Shown in pieces: positions 11,019 through 21,556 of a stretch of 64,000 nucleotides of DNA; position 1 is the stretch's first letter; each line of letters begins with the position of its first letter. The position numbers were made by a program, and so were the translations under genes. The DNA is taken from the sequence record MZ189262.1; one strand, 5' to 3'. The DNA is from Escherichia phage W143. A model generated the notes under the pieces. That model was not told where the DNA came from and made no database searches. It saw nothing but the letters and a program-made list of their open reading frames with translations.

Positions 11019-12149
11019 TTATGGATAGGTATAGATGATACCAGTTTCTAAAGCAGTTTTATGAATGATGTATCCATTACGCGATTCTTGAACATCAACT
11101 TCTGGATAGTCTTTCATCATCTTCTGAAGAGTGTAACGATGCAAGTAGTACTTACTATCTGGGTCGTCAGTTTTCCAATCTTTACCTTCTTCAGTCATTT
11201 TTTGGATTTCATCCATAACCCACCAACCGCACCAGATATAAGCTGAAGTACGATGTGGAAGAGGATGAACATAAGGTAGTTCACCTTCTGGTTCCGGAGC
11301 AGCTTTATCAGTTACCTGAACTTGACCTGTTGTTTTAACTGTTTTGCTATCATAATCAGCGGCGGTAACAGTTGCAGTAACTTCAATGGTTTGACTTCCA
11401 ATAGATGATGTATCAACGGTGTATACATTAGTTGACCCTTCTACAGGAGAAGAATCTTTCTTCCATGAATACGTAATTTGTGCTTCTTCCGGAGCATCCG
11501 TAACGTTAGCAGTAAATGTAGCCGAAGCATCTTGCTGAACATTAATAGAAGGAGGAGTCAATGTAACCTGCGGGTTCATTGTCTTCTTATTAACTGTCAA
11601 TGATACTTCATTGGAAGTAACTTCCTTTGCATCATAATCTGTCGCTGTTACTTGGGCTACGCATTTAATTCTTTTTACTCCACTTGTAGTTGGAGTATAG
11701 CTAAATGTAGAGTTAGTTTCTCCGCCAACCTGTGAATCATCTACATACCACTGATACGTAGCAGACGCTCCAGCTGGTTGAGAAGCTAAGGCAACAGTAA
11801 ATTGAACCGGGGTTCCAATTACTCCAGCTGAAGGACTATCGGGAGTTACAGCTAAGGTAGTCGTTTGTGTCTTATTTTGAACTGTGATAGTTGTTGTCGC
11901 TTCAGCCGTTTCCGGGCCTCCTTCAGAAAGTGTATTTGTTGCAACTACCTTAATAGTCTTTTGACCAGCAGGTCCTTTTAATACATAATCAAAAGTTGCT
12001 GCTGATCCTTCTTGGGGAGCATTATCTACGCTCCAAGCATAGGTAATAGTTCCACCTCCAGTTTCACCACTGGGTGTAGCAGTAAACTGCTTGGTTTCAT
12101 CAATAACCCCTGTTGGTGTTTTAGGAGTTATATCAACTGTAAAAGCCAT
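11019..12149 (-). CDS. hoc: highly immunogenic outer capsid protein Hoc (Ig-like repeats)
   Basis: 376 aa, T/S/V-rich repeated Ig-like segments, conserved C-terminal capsid-binding region; synteny. Confidence 0.9.
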   Translation of the reverse strand: MAFTVDITPKTPTGVIDETKQFTATPSGETGGGTITYAWSVDNAPQEGSAATFDYVLKGPAGQKTIKVVATNTLSEGGPETAEATTTITVQNKTQTTTLAVTPDSPSAGVIGTPVQFTVALASQPAGASATYQWYVDDSQVGGETNSTFSYTPTTSGVKRIKCVAQVTATDYDAKEVTSNEVSLTVNKKTMNPQVTLTPPSINVQQDASATFTANVTDAPEEAQITYSWKKDSSPVEGSTNVYTVDTSSIGSQTIEVTATVTAADYDSKTVKTTGQVQVTDKAAPEPEGELPYVHPLPHRTSAYIWCGWWVMDEIQKMTEEGKDWKTDDPDSKYYLHRYTLQKMMKDYPEVDVQESRNGYIIHKTALETGIIYTYP

Positions 12150-12158
12150 AAGTTATCC

Positions 12159-12839
12159 TTATTTTAATGTTACGAAAGAAGAATTGCGTGTTTCACGAAT
12201 TAGAACTGATCCGTCGCGATTAATGTAATAAATTAAGCTAAATAAAGTTTGGTGTGCCGACGCATGTTCAAAACTAGTTGGGTGAGATTTCCAATCCGGA
12301 GTTTCAGCAATCCACTGATAAATCCACCAAGGAACAGTACAGAATCCTGGATTTTTTCCAATCAGCTGAAGATTCGGACTAAAGTTTTCCGGAAGAGTAA
12401 ATACAGACGGCTTTTCAGATTCAATAATCTCAGCTACAGCCTGTTCGAATTTTTCTTCAACAAAAGGAGTATCTTCAATCAAAACATCGGTATTTTCAGG
12501 AATTTTATCCGTTTCGACTACTTCAATTTTAATATCAGATTTAACCGGAGAATCAATCAGAAGTGCTGCTTCTGGATTGACTTCTTCATCGTCATATTTT
12601 AATCCCTCTGCAGCATCAGCAGCATTGATTAAGTCTTTAATAGATAACCCATCAGTCTCTGGCATAGGTTCACTAGCGAGCTTCTGGAGGGCTTCTTCAA
12701 TATCAACAACGATATTATCAAAAGATTTATTCTTTTTGACCTTTATACCAAACTGTTCAGCATATTCAGCTAATTTAGCTTTAGCTTCTTTATTATCATC
12801 AAGAGCCTTCAGCTCTGCAATATAATCTTTATCTATCAT
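12159..12839 (-). CDS. inh: inhibitor of prohead protease Inh
   Basis: 226 aa, acidic; T4 position next to hoc. Confidence 0.8.
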   Translation of the reverse strand: MIDKDYIAELKALDDNKEAKAKLAEYAEQFGIKVKKNKSFDNIVVDIEEALQKLASEPMPETDGLSIKDLINAADAAEGLKYDDEEVNPEAALLIDSPVKSDIKIEVVETDKIPENTDVLIEDTPFVEEKFEQAVAEIIESEKPSVFTLPENFSPNLQLIGKNPGFCTVPWWIYQWIAETPDWKSHPTSFEHASAHQTLFSLIYYINRDGSVLIRETRNSSFVTLK

Positions 12840-12852
12840 AATATTTCCTCAG

Positions 12853-12860
12853 TATAAATA
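12853..12860 (+). promoter_or_regulatory. late promoter TATAAATA (uvsW)
   Basis: Exact match about 30 nt before the uvsW start. Confidence 0.7.
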
Positions 12861-12889
12861 TAGATATATTTATTACATGGTATTTAGAC

Positions 12890-14401
12890 ATGACTGACAT
12901 TAAAGTACATTTTTATGATTTTAGTCACGTGAGAATTGATTGTGAAGAAAGTACATTTCATGAACTCCGTGATTTCTTTAGCTTTGAAGCTGATGGGTAT
13001 CGTTTTAATCCGAAGTACAAATATGGCCACTGGGATGGACGAATCCGTCTTTTAGATTATAATCGCCTTCTTCCGTTTGGTTTAGTCGGGCAAATTAAAA
13101 AGTTCTGCGATAACTTTGGCTATAAAGCTTGGATTGACCCGCAAATTAACGAAAAAGAAGAATTATCAAGAAAAGATTTTGATGAATGGCTTTCTAAGTT
13201 AGAAATCTATTCAGGAAATAAAAGAATTGAACCGCACTGGTATCAAAAAGATGCAGTGTTCGAAGGATTAGTTAATCGTCGTAGAATTCTTAATCTTCCA
13301 ACATCCGCAGGTAAATCTTTAATTCAAGCTTTGCTTGCACGTTATTATTTGGAAAATTATGAAGGTAAAATTCTTATCATTGTTCCAACAACTGCTTTAA
13401 CAACTCAGATGGCTGATGACTTTGTTGATTATCGTTTATTCAGTCATGCAATGATAAAGAAAATTGGCGGCGGAGCATCAAAAGATGATAAATATAAAAA
13501 TGATGCACCGGTAATTGTTGGTACATGGCAAACTGTAGTAAAACAACCAAAAGAATGGTTCTCACAGTTTGGAATGATGATGAATGATGAATGCCATCTT
13601 GCTACAGGAAAAAGTATTTCATCTATCATATCAGGTTTAAATAACTGCATGTTTAAATTTGGTCTATCGGGTTCATTACGTGATGGCAAAGCTAATATCA
13701 TGCAGTATGTTGGAATGTTTGGTGAAATATTTAAGCCGGTAACGACTTCTAAATTAATGGAAGATGGACAAGTAACTGAGTTAAAAATTAATAGTATTTT
13801 TCTTCGCTATCCCGATGAGTTCACTACTAAATTAAAGGGAAAAACTTACCAAGAAGAAATAAAAATTATTACTGGGCTCAGTAAAAGAAATAAATGGATC
13901 GCTAAATTAGCTATTAAACTTGCGCAAAAAGATGAAAACGCTTTTGTCATGTTTAAGCATGTATCACATGGTAAAGCTATTTTCGATTTAATTAAAAATG
14001 AATACGATAAAGTTTATTACGTATCAGGGGAAGTTGATACCGAAACACGCAACGTAATGAAAACCCTAGCTGAAAACGGTAAAGGAATAATTATAGTAGC
14101 TAGTTATGGTGTATTTTCTACCGGTATTTCAGTTAAAAATCTGCATCACGTTGTTTTAGCGCACGGTGTTAAATCTAAAATTATTGTATTGCAAACAATA
14201 GGTCGCGTATTACGTAAGCATGGTTCTAAAACAATCGCAACGGTCTGGGACCTCATAGATGACGCGGGCGTAGTTTCTAAATCAAAAACATCTTCTAAAA
14301 AATACTCGCATTTAAACTATCTTTTAAAACATGGACTTGATCGTATTCAGCGTTATGCTGATGAGAAGTTTAATTATGTGATGAAAGAGGTTAAACTTTG
14401 A
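12890..14401 (+). CDS. uvsW: UvsW SF2 DNA helicase
   Basis: 503 aa; Walker A (PTSAGKS) and DEAH-like box (MNDECH); late promoter upstream. Confidence 0.92.
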   Translation: MTDIKVHFYDFSHVRIDCEESTFHELRDFFSFEADGYRFNPKYKYGHWDGRIRLLDYNRLLPFGLVGQIKKFCDNFGYKAWIDPQINEKEELSRKDFDEWLSKLEIYSGNKRIEPHWYQKDAVFEGLVNRRRILNLPTSAGKSLIQALLARYYLENYEGKILIIVPTTALTTQMADDFVDYRLFSHAMIKKIGGGASKDDKYKNDAPVIVGTWQTVVKQPKEWFSQFGMMMNDECHLATGKSISSIISGLNNCMFKFGLSGSLRDGKANIMQYVGMFGEIFKPVTTSKLMEDGQVTELKINSIFLRYPDEFTTKLKGKTYQEEIKIITGLSKRNKWIAKLAIKLAQKDENAFVMFKHVSHGKAIFDLIKNEYDKVYYVSGEVDTETRNVMKTLAENGKGIIIVASYGVFSTGISVKNLHHVVLAHGVKSKIIVLQTIGRVLRKHGSKTIATVWDLIDDAGVVSKSKTSSKKYSHLNYLLKHGLDRIQRYADEKFNYVMKEVKL

Positions 14402-15090
14402 ATTATAAATTAATATACGATAATTTAATTAATAGAGCCCAGAATCGGGCTCGCCTTAATGGATACACTGAAACTCATCATATAATTCCTAGATGTATGG
14501 GCGGTACAGATGATAAGTGTAATTTGGTAGAACTAACAGCTGAAGAGCATTTTATAGCTCATAAACTTTTAGCTAAAATTCATCCAAACCATTACGGTAT
14601 AATTAAAGCCGTTATATGTATGGGAATGAATTCAAATACTCATGAAAGACACGTTAATAAATCTTACGCCTGGGAACGTCGTAAAATGGCAAAACTTCAA
14701 TCAGGTGAAGGTAATCCATTTTACGGAAAACACCATACGGAAGAACATAAACAATATATGTCAAAACTCATGAAAAATCGTCCAATTACGTGGGGAAGTA
14801 AAATTAGTAAAACTAAAAGAATGAACCCAACAAAATGGACTGAAGAAGCTAAAAGATTGCATTCTATCAATCAATCAGGTAAAAATAATGGCATGTATGG
14901 AAGGAAACATTCCGCTAAATCTATTCAGAAAATTAAAGATAACATGCCAGATAATTCAGGAGCTAATAACCCAGCTGCTAAACCTATAGAAGTAAATGGT
15001 GTTAAGTATAAATGCATGAAAGATGCTTCTAAAGCTACTGGATTATCAATGTACAAACTAAGAATACTTAGAAAAACAGTTAATTTATAA
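14398..15090 (+). CDS. HNH homing endonuclease with NUMOD-like repeats
   Basis: 230 aa; N-terminal ETHHIIPRCMGGTDDKCNLVELTAEEHFIAHKLL HNH core; repeated G-N-P-x-Y-G-K-x-H-S/T motifs; TTG start overlapping uvsW stop. Confidence 0.75.
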   Translation: MNYKLIYDNLINRAQNRARLNGYTETHHIIPRCMGGTDDKCNLVELTAEEHFIAHKLLAKIHPNHYGIIKAVICMGMNSNTHERHVNKSYAWERRKMAKLQSGEGNPFYGKHHTEEHKQYMSKLMKNRPITWGSKISKTKRMNPTKWTEEAKRLHSINQSGKNNGMYGRKHSAKSIQKIKDNMPDNSGANNPAAKPIEVNGVKYKCMKDASKATGLSMYKLRILRKTVNL

Positions 15091-15104
15091 GGGCTTCGGC
15101 CCTT
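15089..15104 (+). terminator. hairpin between HNH gene and uvsW.1
   Basis: AAGGGC-TTCG-GCCCTT; no strong U tract. Confidence 0.4.
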
Positions 15105-15115
15105 TGGAGAAAAAG

Positions 15116-15346
15116 ATGTTACTAGAATTTAAACAATTTCTTTATGAAGCTTCTATTGATGAATTTATGGGTAAAATTGCCTCTTGCCAAACATTAGAAG
15201 GTCTAGAAGAACTTGAAGCTTATTATAAGAAAAGAGTTAAAGAAACTGAATTAAAAGATACTGATGACATCTCAGTTAGAGATGCTTTGGCAGGAAAAAG
15301 AGCTGAATTAGAAGATTCAGACGATGAAGTAGAAGAAAGCTTTTAA
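15116..15346 (+). CDS. uvsW.1: UvsW.1-like small acidic protein
   Basis: ATG at 15116 preceded by GGAG; 76 aa as T4 UvsW.1; ORF track frame starts at TTG 15104. Confidence 0.7.
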   Translation: MLLEFKQFLYEASIDEFMGKIASCQTLEGLEELEAYYKKRVKETELKDTDDISVRDALAGKRAELEDSDDEVEESF

Positions 15347-15401
15347 ATTAAAAAAGGCCCAACCAAAAAGGAAGGGCCAAAACTATAGACTAAAGGTCAC
15401 A

Positions 15402-15569
15402 CTATAGCAAAAGTTGTGTTTCATTTAATTGTTCTTCCGAACTTTCTGAAACTGGTAGTTCTTTAATGTAATTATAGCAAGGCCCAGGATGTACAGGACC
15501 TTTGTCTGTTTCAACAACCAATGCAGAATCGATTGGAGTTTTACAGACAACACAAATCTTATCTGACAT
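15402..15569 (-). CDS. small Cys-containing protein (about 55 aa), not in ORF track
   Basis: Hand translation MSDKICVVCKTPIDSALVVETDKGPVHPGPCYNYIKELPVSESSEEQLNETQLLL; GAGGAGA RBS 4 nt upstream of ATG; coordinates +/-2. Confidence 0.5.
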   Translation of the reverse strand: MSDKICVVCKTPIDSALVVETDKGPVHPGPCYNYIKELPVSESSEEQLNETQLLL

Positions 15570-15597
15570 GATTGTCTCCTCTAAATTATATATCTAT

Positions 15598-15822
15598 TTA
15601 TATAACTCTCATATGCATATCAATGCCCATATCTTTAGAATAAAAATATTCATCAAGATATCCGGCAAATTTTCCTTTAATATAAAGGACATCTTCACCG
15701 CATGGATGGTCGGCCAGGATACGAATATCCTGACGCTTGAGATTATACTTTTTCATTAAGAATTGAATTTCCGTTTCGAATTCTTCTTCATAATTAAAAG
15801 CATCATCAATGCTATATTTCAT
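15598..15822 (-). CDS. hypothetical protein downstream of uvsY
   Basis: 74 aa ORF abutting uvsY stop. Confidence 0.6.
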   Translation of the reverse strand: MKYSIDDAFNYEEEFETEIQFLMKKYNLKRQDIRILADHPCGEDVLYIKGKFAGYLDEYFYSKDMGIDMHMRVI

Positions 15823-16235
15823 TATTTTCCAGCCTCAAATGCTCGCATGTCTTGAATATGCTTAATAGCAAATCCGCGTGATTTAATAGCATCAAGAGCT
15901 CCGCTACAGAAATCTAATAAAATTCCCCAGTATTGCAATGAAGTATCGACTTTTAAAACGTCCTTATCAGCTGATAGAACTGTCTTCATTTCTGATTTCT
16001 CATAACGGTCCATACTAAATTCATCACCATCTCCTCGTCCCGAGTAGTAGTCTAATTTAGCTTTAAGAGCAACTTTTTTCTGCGCTTCAATTCTAAGCAT
16101 TTCCTTTTTAATACTTGAATGCTTATTAAGCCATTTACTATATAACATCACATTATTAGCTGCTTCATACTGTAATTTAGTCGAATCTATAAACACATCT
16201 TTCTTCAATTCTTCTTGAAGATCTTCTAATTTCAT
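15822..16235 (-). CDS. uvsY: recombination mediator UvsY
   Basis: 137 aa as T4 UvsY; MotA-type middle promoter upstream. Confidence 0.92.
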   Translation of the reverse strand: MKLEDLQEELKKDVFIDSTKLQYEAANNVMLYSKWLNKHSSIKKEMLRIEAQKKVALKAKLDYYSGRGDGDEFSMDRYEKSEMKTVLSADKDVLKVDTSLQYWGILLDFCSGALDAIKSRGFAIKHIQDMRAFEAGK

Positions 16236-16275
16236 ATTGTTCTCTATTCAATTGTTATTGGATGGACTTAGATTC

Positions 16276-16301
16276 ATTATACCACGTTTATACGTGAAGC
16301 A
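16276..16301 (-). promoter_or_regulatory. MotA-dependent middle promoter for uvsY
   Basis: - strand reads AATGCTTCA (MotA box), 13 nt spacer, TATAAT. Confidence 0.65.
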
Positions 16302-16700
16302 TTATACTCTATTACTGGAAGCCAATTGCAGTTTTATCTGCTCAATATCATCAGGGTTATCGATGACCGAAAAGCGTATTTCTACTATCAGAGTATAATC
16401 ATCATAAACTGGTATTACATTAACTGCTAATTTATCAATACGTGGCTCGTAGTTTCTTACTGCGCTTTCAATGTTACGCTCAACAGTATCAGCAGTAAGA
16501 GGAGTCATATTCTCAAAAAGCTGATCAGATAAATCACATCCAAATTCCGGGTCAAATGGTCTCGACCCTTTTCTGGTTGTAATAATTCCCAAAAGGCTAT
16601 TTTTAATTGACCTTAATCCAAGGGATCTAGAAACATCTTTGTCCCAATCCATTTTCATTTCTGGGTCAATGTCAGAATAAAGCTTATTAATATTTGCCAT
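16302..16700 (-). CDS. 25: baseplate wedge protein gp25
   Basis: 132 aa, N-terminus [15 protein letters not shown]; synteny. Confidence 0.93.
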   Translation of the reverse strand: MANINKLYSDIDPEMKMDWDKDVSRSLGLRSIKNSLLGIITTRKGSRPFDPEFGCDLSDQLFENMTPLTADTVERNIESAVRNYEPRIDKLAVNVIPVYDDYTLIVEIRFSVIDNPDDIEQIKLQLASSNRV

Positions 16701-17326
16701 TACAACAGCTCAAAGAATTCTTTGAGTCCTCTTATTACATGAGCGTGAGTTTTTCCACACTCTGGACATTTAATTGGAACAGCCAAATAAACAGTAGGCT
16801 TTAAAAGCATATCTTTTATAGCTACAATATCTGACTCTGTGATGATAGAATATAAATCTTCCAACTCTTTTTCATTCAAGTCTTCAATTGGAATGCTTTC
16901 ACCGTTAGCATGAATTGTTTCTATACATGATACTATCATGTGGGCTATGTTTTTATCATCAAAAATTTTAGGGTAATGGAACTTAATTTTAATGTCGCCC
17001 AGTGTATACCAGAGGTCTTCTGGTGCATCTATTTGTGTATGTAATAGATTTATATGGGTTGGTATTTCAGTTCCACAGGTGCACTTCCAGGAGTTTTCGT
17101 GATTAACTTCTCCAAGAGAATGCGCCCATAAATGAATCAGCAGTAGTTCTGATTCTTGGCGGTTTAAATCTTTTGCATTTGTGCAGTCTTTGATTAGCTT
17201 TTTAACGATCTCTTCTACTGAACCGTTCTTTTTAGCAGTAATAAGTTCTAGATATTCTTTAAGAGTAAATGCGCGACAGTTGATTATTTTAGAACCAACT
17301 CTCACGTCAAATTTGTATTCATACAT
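16700..17326 (-). CDS. 26: baseplate hub protein gp26
   Basis: 208 aa; divergent from gene 51 with overlapping late promoters. Confidence 0.88.
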   Translation of the reverse strand: MYEYKFDVRVGSKIINCRAFTLKEYLELITAKKNGSVEEIVKKLIKDCTNAKDLNRQESELLLIHLWAHSLGEVNHENSWKCTCGTEIPTHINLLHTQIDAPEDLWYTLGDIKIKFHYPKIFDDKNIAHMIVSCIETIHANGESIPIEDLNEKELEDLYSIITESDIVAIKDMLLKPTVYLAVPIKCPECGKTHAHVIRGLKEFFELL

Positions 17327-17347
17327 ATTTAGCTCCTTTATTTATCA

Positions 17348-17359
17348 TATTTATAAATA
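17348..17359. promoter_or_regulatory. divergent overlapping late promoters for genes 26 (-) and 51 (+)
   Basis: Palindromic TATTTATAAATA: TATAAATA on + strand at 17352-17359 and on - strand at 17348-17355. Confidence 0.75.
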
Positions 17360-17376
17360 GAATAAAAGGAGCATCT

Positions 17377-18126
17377 ATGGCAAACATTATTCGTTGTAAA
17401 TTACCAGATGGTGTTCATCGTTTTAAACCATTTACGGTAGAAGATTATCGAGATTTTTTGTTAGTTCGAAACGATATAGAACATCGGTCACCACAAGAAC
17501 AAAAAGAAATAATTGCTGATTTAATTGCTGATTATTTTGGAGACTATCCGAAGACTTGGCAACCATTTATATTTTTGCAGGTATTTGTAGGGTCAATAGG
17601 TAAAACTAAAGTACCGGTCACATTTGTATGTCCAAAATGTAAAAAGGAAAAGACAGTTCCATTTGAAATATATCAAAAAGAATTAAAGGAACCTGTTTTT
17701 GATGTAGCTAATGTTAAAATTAAATTAAAGTTTCCTTCTGAGTTTTATGAAAATAAAGCAAAGATGATTACTGAAAATATTCATTCTGTTCAAGTAGATG
17801 AAACATGGTATGATTGGAAGGAAATTAGTGAATCAAGCCAAATAGAGCTTGTTGATGCAATCGAGATAGAAACATTAGAAAAAATTCTTGATGCAATGAA
17901 TCCTATTAATTTAACACTACACATGTCCTGCTGTGATAAGTATGTAAAAAAATACACTGATATAGTAGATGTGTTTAAGCTATTAGTTAACCCAGATGAG
18001 ATATTTACTTTTTATCAAATTAATCACACACTCGTAAAAAGTAATTATAGTTTAAATTCAATAATGAAAATGATTCCTGCCGAGCGCGGATTCGTATTAA
18101 AACTGATTGAGAAGGATAAACAATAA
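17377..18126 (+). CDS. 51: baseplate hub assembly catalyst gp51
   Basis: 249 aa; position and length as T4. Confidence 0.88.
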   Translation: MANIIRCKLPDGVHRFKPFTVEDYRDFLLVRNDIEHRSPQEQKEIIADLIADYFGDYPKTWQPFIFLQVFVGSIGKTKVPVTFVCPKCKKEKTVPFEIYQKELKEPVFDVANVKIKLKFPSEFYENKAKMITENIHSVQVDETWYDWKEISESSQIELVDAIEIETLEKILDAMNPINLTLHMSCCDKYVKKYTDIVDVFKLLVNPDEIFTFYQINHTLVKSNYSLNSIMKMIPAERGFVLKLIEKDKQ

Positions 18127-19301
18127 TGAGTATGTTGCAACGCCCAGGATATCCAAATCTCAGCGTTAAATTATTTGATAGCTACGACGCTTGGAGTAAT
18201 AATAGATTTGTTGAATTAGCTGCTACTATTACCACATTAACTATGCGGGATTCTCTTTATGGCCGAAATGAAGGAATGCTGCAGTTTTATGATTCTAAAA
18301 ACATTCATACAAAAATGGATGGAAATGAAATAATTCAGATTTCTGTAGCTAATGCAAACGATATTAATAATGTTAAAACAAGAATTTATGGATGTAAGCA
18401 TTTTTCCGTGTCAGTAGATTCAAAGGGTGATAACATCATTGCTATTGAATTGGGAACTATTCATTCTATAGAAAATCTTAAATTTGGCAGACCGTTTTTC
18501 CCTGATGCAGGTGAATCTATAAAGGAAATGCTTGGCGTCATTTATCAAGATCGCACGTTATTAACTCCAGCAATAAATGCTATAAATGCTTATGTTCCTG
18601 ATATTCCATGGACTAGCACATTTGAAAACTATTTGTCGTATGTTAGAGAAGTTGCTCTAGCTGTAGGAAGTGACAAATTTGTATTTGTGTGGCAAGACAT
18701 CATGGGAGTTAACATGATGGACTATGATATGATGATAAATCAAGAACCCTATCCAATGATTGTCGGTGAGCCATCTTTAATAGGTCAATTCATCCAAGAA
18801 TTAAAATATCCATTAGCGTATGATTTCGTTTGGTTGACTAAATCGAATCCTCACAAACGTGACCCAATGAAAAACGCTACTATCTATGCGCATTCATTTT
18901 TAGATTCTTCATTGCCAATGATTACTACAGGAAAGGGCGAAAACTCTATTGTAGTGTCAAGGTCAGGTGCTTATTCTGAGATGACTTATAGGAATGGATA
19001 TGAAGAAGCTATTCGTCTTCAAACTATGGCACAATACGATGGCTATGCTAAATGTTCTACTGTCGGTAATTTTAACTTGACACCTGGCGTTAAAATTATT
19101 TTTAATGATAGTAAAAACCAATTTAAAACAGAATTTTACGTTGATGAAGTTATCCACGAATTATCCAATAATAATTCAGTAACTCATCTATATATGTTCA
19201 CTAATGCAACGAAACTGGAAACAATAGACCCAGTTAAGGTTAAAAATGAATTTAAATCTGATACTACCACTGAAGAAAGTAGTTCTTCCAATAAGCAATA
19301 A
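18126..19301 (+). CDS. 27: baseplate hub protein gp27
   Basis: 391 aa; synteny. Confidence 0.92.
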   Translation: MSMLQRPGYPNLSVKLFDSYDAWSNNRFVELAATITTLTMRDSLYGRNEGMLQFYDSKNIHTKMDGNEIIQISVANANDINNVKTRIYGCKHFSVSVDSKGDNIIAIELGTIHSIENLKFGRPFFPDAGESIKEMLGVIYQDRTLLTPAINAINAYVPDIPWTSTFENYLSYVREVALAVGSDKFVFVWQDIMGVNMMDYDMMINQEPYPMIVGEPSLIGQFIQELKYPLAYDFVWLTKSNPHKRDPMKNATIYAHSFLDSSLPMITTGKGENSIVVSRSGAYSEMTYRNGYEEAIRLQTMAQYDGYAKCSTVGNFNLTPGVKIIFNDSKNQFKTEFYVDEVIHELSNNNSVTHLYMFTNATKLETIDPVKVKNEFKSDTTTEESSSSNKQ

Positions 19302-19779
19302 AGAAGTTTCTATTCCTAAAATGGGTCTTAAACATTATAACATTTTAAAAGATGTTAAAGGACCCGATGAAAATTTAAAACTTTTGATCGATTCTATTTG
19401 TCCAAATTTATCACCGGCAGAAGTTGATTTCGTTTCTATTCATTTATTGGAATTTAATGGAAAGATTAAATCTCGTAAAGAAATAGATGGTTATACTTAT
19501 GACATTAATGATGTTTATGTATGCCAAAGATTGGAATTTCAATACCAAGGAAATACATTTTATTTTAGACCTCCTGGAAAATTTGAACAATTTTTAACGG
19601 TGAGCGATATGTTATCCAAGTGCTTGCTTAAGGTCAATGATGAAGTTAAAGAAATTAATTTTCTTGAGATGCCAGCATTCGTTTTAAAATGGGCAAATGA
19701 TATTTTTACAACTTTAGCAATTCCTGGCCCTAATGGTCCAATAACCGGAATTGGCAATATTATTGGATTATTTGAATGA
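19246..19779 (+). CDS. 28: baseplate hub distal subunit gp28
   Basis: 177 aa; overlaps 3' end of gene 27; exact start uncertain. Confidence 0.8.
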   Translation: MNLNLILPLKKVVLPISNKEVSIPKMGLKHYNILKDVKGPDENLKLLIDSICPNLSPAEVDFVSIHLLEFNGKIKSRKEIDGYTYDINDVYVCQRLEFQYQGNTFYFRPPGKFEQFLTVSDMLSKCLLKVNDEVKEINFLEMPAFVLKWANDIFTTLAIPGPNGPITGIGNIIGLFE

Positions 19780-21548
19780 AAAAGCCACAAGAAATGCAAA
19801 CGATGCGTAGAAAAGTTATTTCAGATAATAAACCAACACAGGAAGCGGCTAAATCCGCTTCTAACACTTTATCTGGACTTAACGATATATCTACGAAATT
19901 GGATGATGCTCAAGCTGCTTCTGAATTAATTGCTCAAACTGTCGAAGAAAAATCGAATGAAATAATTGGAGCAATTGACAGTGTAGAAAGCGCAGTGAGT
20001 GATACTACTGCTGGTTCTGAGTTAATTGCTGAAACTGTCGAAATTGGCAATAATATTAATAAAGAAATCGGTGAATCACTCGGGAGCAAATTAGATAAAT
20101 TAACAAGTTTACTAGAGCAAAAAATTCAGACAGCTGGAATTCAACAGACTGGAACTAGTTTAGCCACAGTTGAAAGCGCTATTCCTGTTAAAGTTGTTGA
20201 GGATGATACAGCTGAATCTGTGGGTCCTTTATTACCGGCTCCTGAAGCAGTTAATAATGATCCTGATGCTGATTTTTTCCCTACCCCTCAGCCAGTTGAA
20301 CCCAAACAAGAATCACCAGAAGAAAAACAGAAAAAAGACGCATTTAACTTAAAATTATCTCAAGCTTTAGATAAATTAACGAAGACTGTTGATTTTGGAT
20401 TTAAGAAATCCATTTCAATTACTGATAAAATATCAAGCATGCTATTTAAGTATACCGTCAGTGCTGCTATTGAAGCTGCTAAAATGACTGCAATGATATT
20501 GGCTGTTGTTGTTGGAATAGACCTGTTAATGGTTCATTTCAAATATTGGTCAGATAAATTTTCGCAGGCTTGGGATTTGTTCAGTACAGACTTTACTAAA
20601 TTCTCTAGCGAAACCGGAACATGGGGTCCTTTATTACAGAGCATCTTTAGTTCTATTGATGAAATTAAAAAATTCTGGGAAGAGGGAGATTGGGGCGGTT
20701 TGACGGTAGCTATTGTAGAAGGGCTTGGAAAGGTTCTTTATAATTTAGGAGAACTTATTCAATTAGGTATGGCTAAATTATCTGCGGCAATTCTTCGAGT
20801 CATTCCTGGTATGAAGGATACTGCTGATGAAGTAGAAGGAAGAGCACTAGAAAATTTCCAAAATTCTACTGGAGCATCTCTCAATAAAGAAGACCAGGAA
20901 AAAGTTGCAAATTATCAAGATAAACGAATGAACGGAGACCTTGGTCCGATAGCAAAAGGATTAGATAAAATTGCTAATTGGAAAACTCGTGCATCTAACT
21001 GGATTCGTGGCGTTGATAATAAAGAAGCACTAACTACCGACGAAGAACGTGCAGCGGAAGAAGAAAAATTAAAGCAACTTTCACCTGAAGAAAGAAAAAA
21101 TGCTTTAATGAAGGCTAATGAAGCCCGCGCCGCAATGATTCGCTTTGAAAAATATGCTGATTCAGCTGATATGAGTAAAGACTCAACGGTTAAATCAGTT
21201 GAAGCTGCCTATGAAGACCTTAAAAAACGGATGGATGACCCGGATTTAAATAATTCACCGGCAGTTAAAAAAGAACTTGCTGCTAGATTTTCTAAAATTG
21301 ATGCTACTTATCAAGAGCTCAAGAAAAATCAGCCTAATGCCAAACCTGAAACTTCTGCTAAATCGCCAGAAGCAAAACAAGTCCAGGTAATAGAAAAGAA
21401 CAAAGCACAGCAAGCTCCTGTTCAACAAGCATCTCCTTCGATCAATAATACTAATAATGTTGTTAAGAAAAATACTGTCGTTCATAATATGACACCCGTA
21501 ACGAGCACGACTGCTCCTGGTGTATTTGACGCGACAGGAGTTAATTAA
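19776..21548 (+). CDS. 29: baseplate hub / tail length determinator gp29
   Basis: 590 aa, extended helical sequence; synteny. Confidence 0.9.
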   Translation: MKKPQEMQTMRRKVISDNKPTQEAAKSASNTLSGLNDISTKLDDAQAASELIAQTVEEKSNEIIGAIDSVESAVSDTTAGSELIAETVEIGNNINKEIGESLGSKLDKLTSLLEQKIQTAGIQQTGTSLATVESAIPVKVVEDDTAESVGPLLPAPEAVNNDPDADFFPTPQPVEPKQESPEEKQKKDAFNLKLSQALDKLTKTVDFGFKKSISITDKISSMLFKYTVSAAIEAAKMTAMILAVVVGIDLLMVHFKYWSDKFSQAWDLFSTDFTKFSSETGTWGPLLQSIFSSIDEIKKFWEEGDWGGLTVAIVEGLGKVLYNLGELIQLGMAKLSAAILRVIPGMKDTADEVEGRALENFQNSTGASLNKEDQEKVANYQDKRMNGDLGPIAKGLDKIANWKTRASNWIRGVDNKEALTTDEERAAEEEKLKQLSPEERKNALMKANEARAAMIRFEKYADSADMSKDSTVKSVEAAYEDLKKRMDDPDLNNSPAVKKELAARFSKIDATYQELKKNQPNAKPETSAKSPEAKQVQVIEKNKAQQAPVQQASPSINNTNNVVKKNTVVHNMTPVTSTTAPGVFDATGVN

Positions 21549-21556
21549 GGAATAAT

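Noticed and set aside
12249-12825. Plus-strand ORFs (117 and 82 aa) overlapping inh
   Set aside because: Antisense to a well-supported gene; low-complexity translations
15356-15379. GGCCC...GGGCC inverted repeat after uvsW.1
   Set aside because: Loop of about 13 nt and short stem; not a convincing terminator
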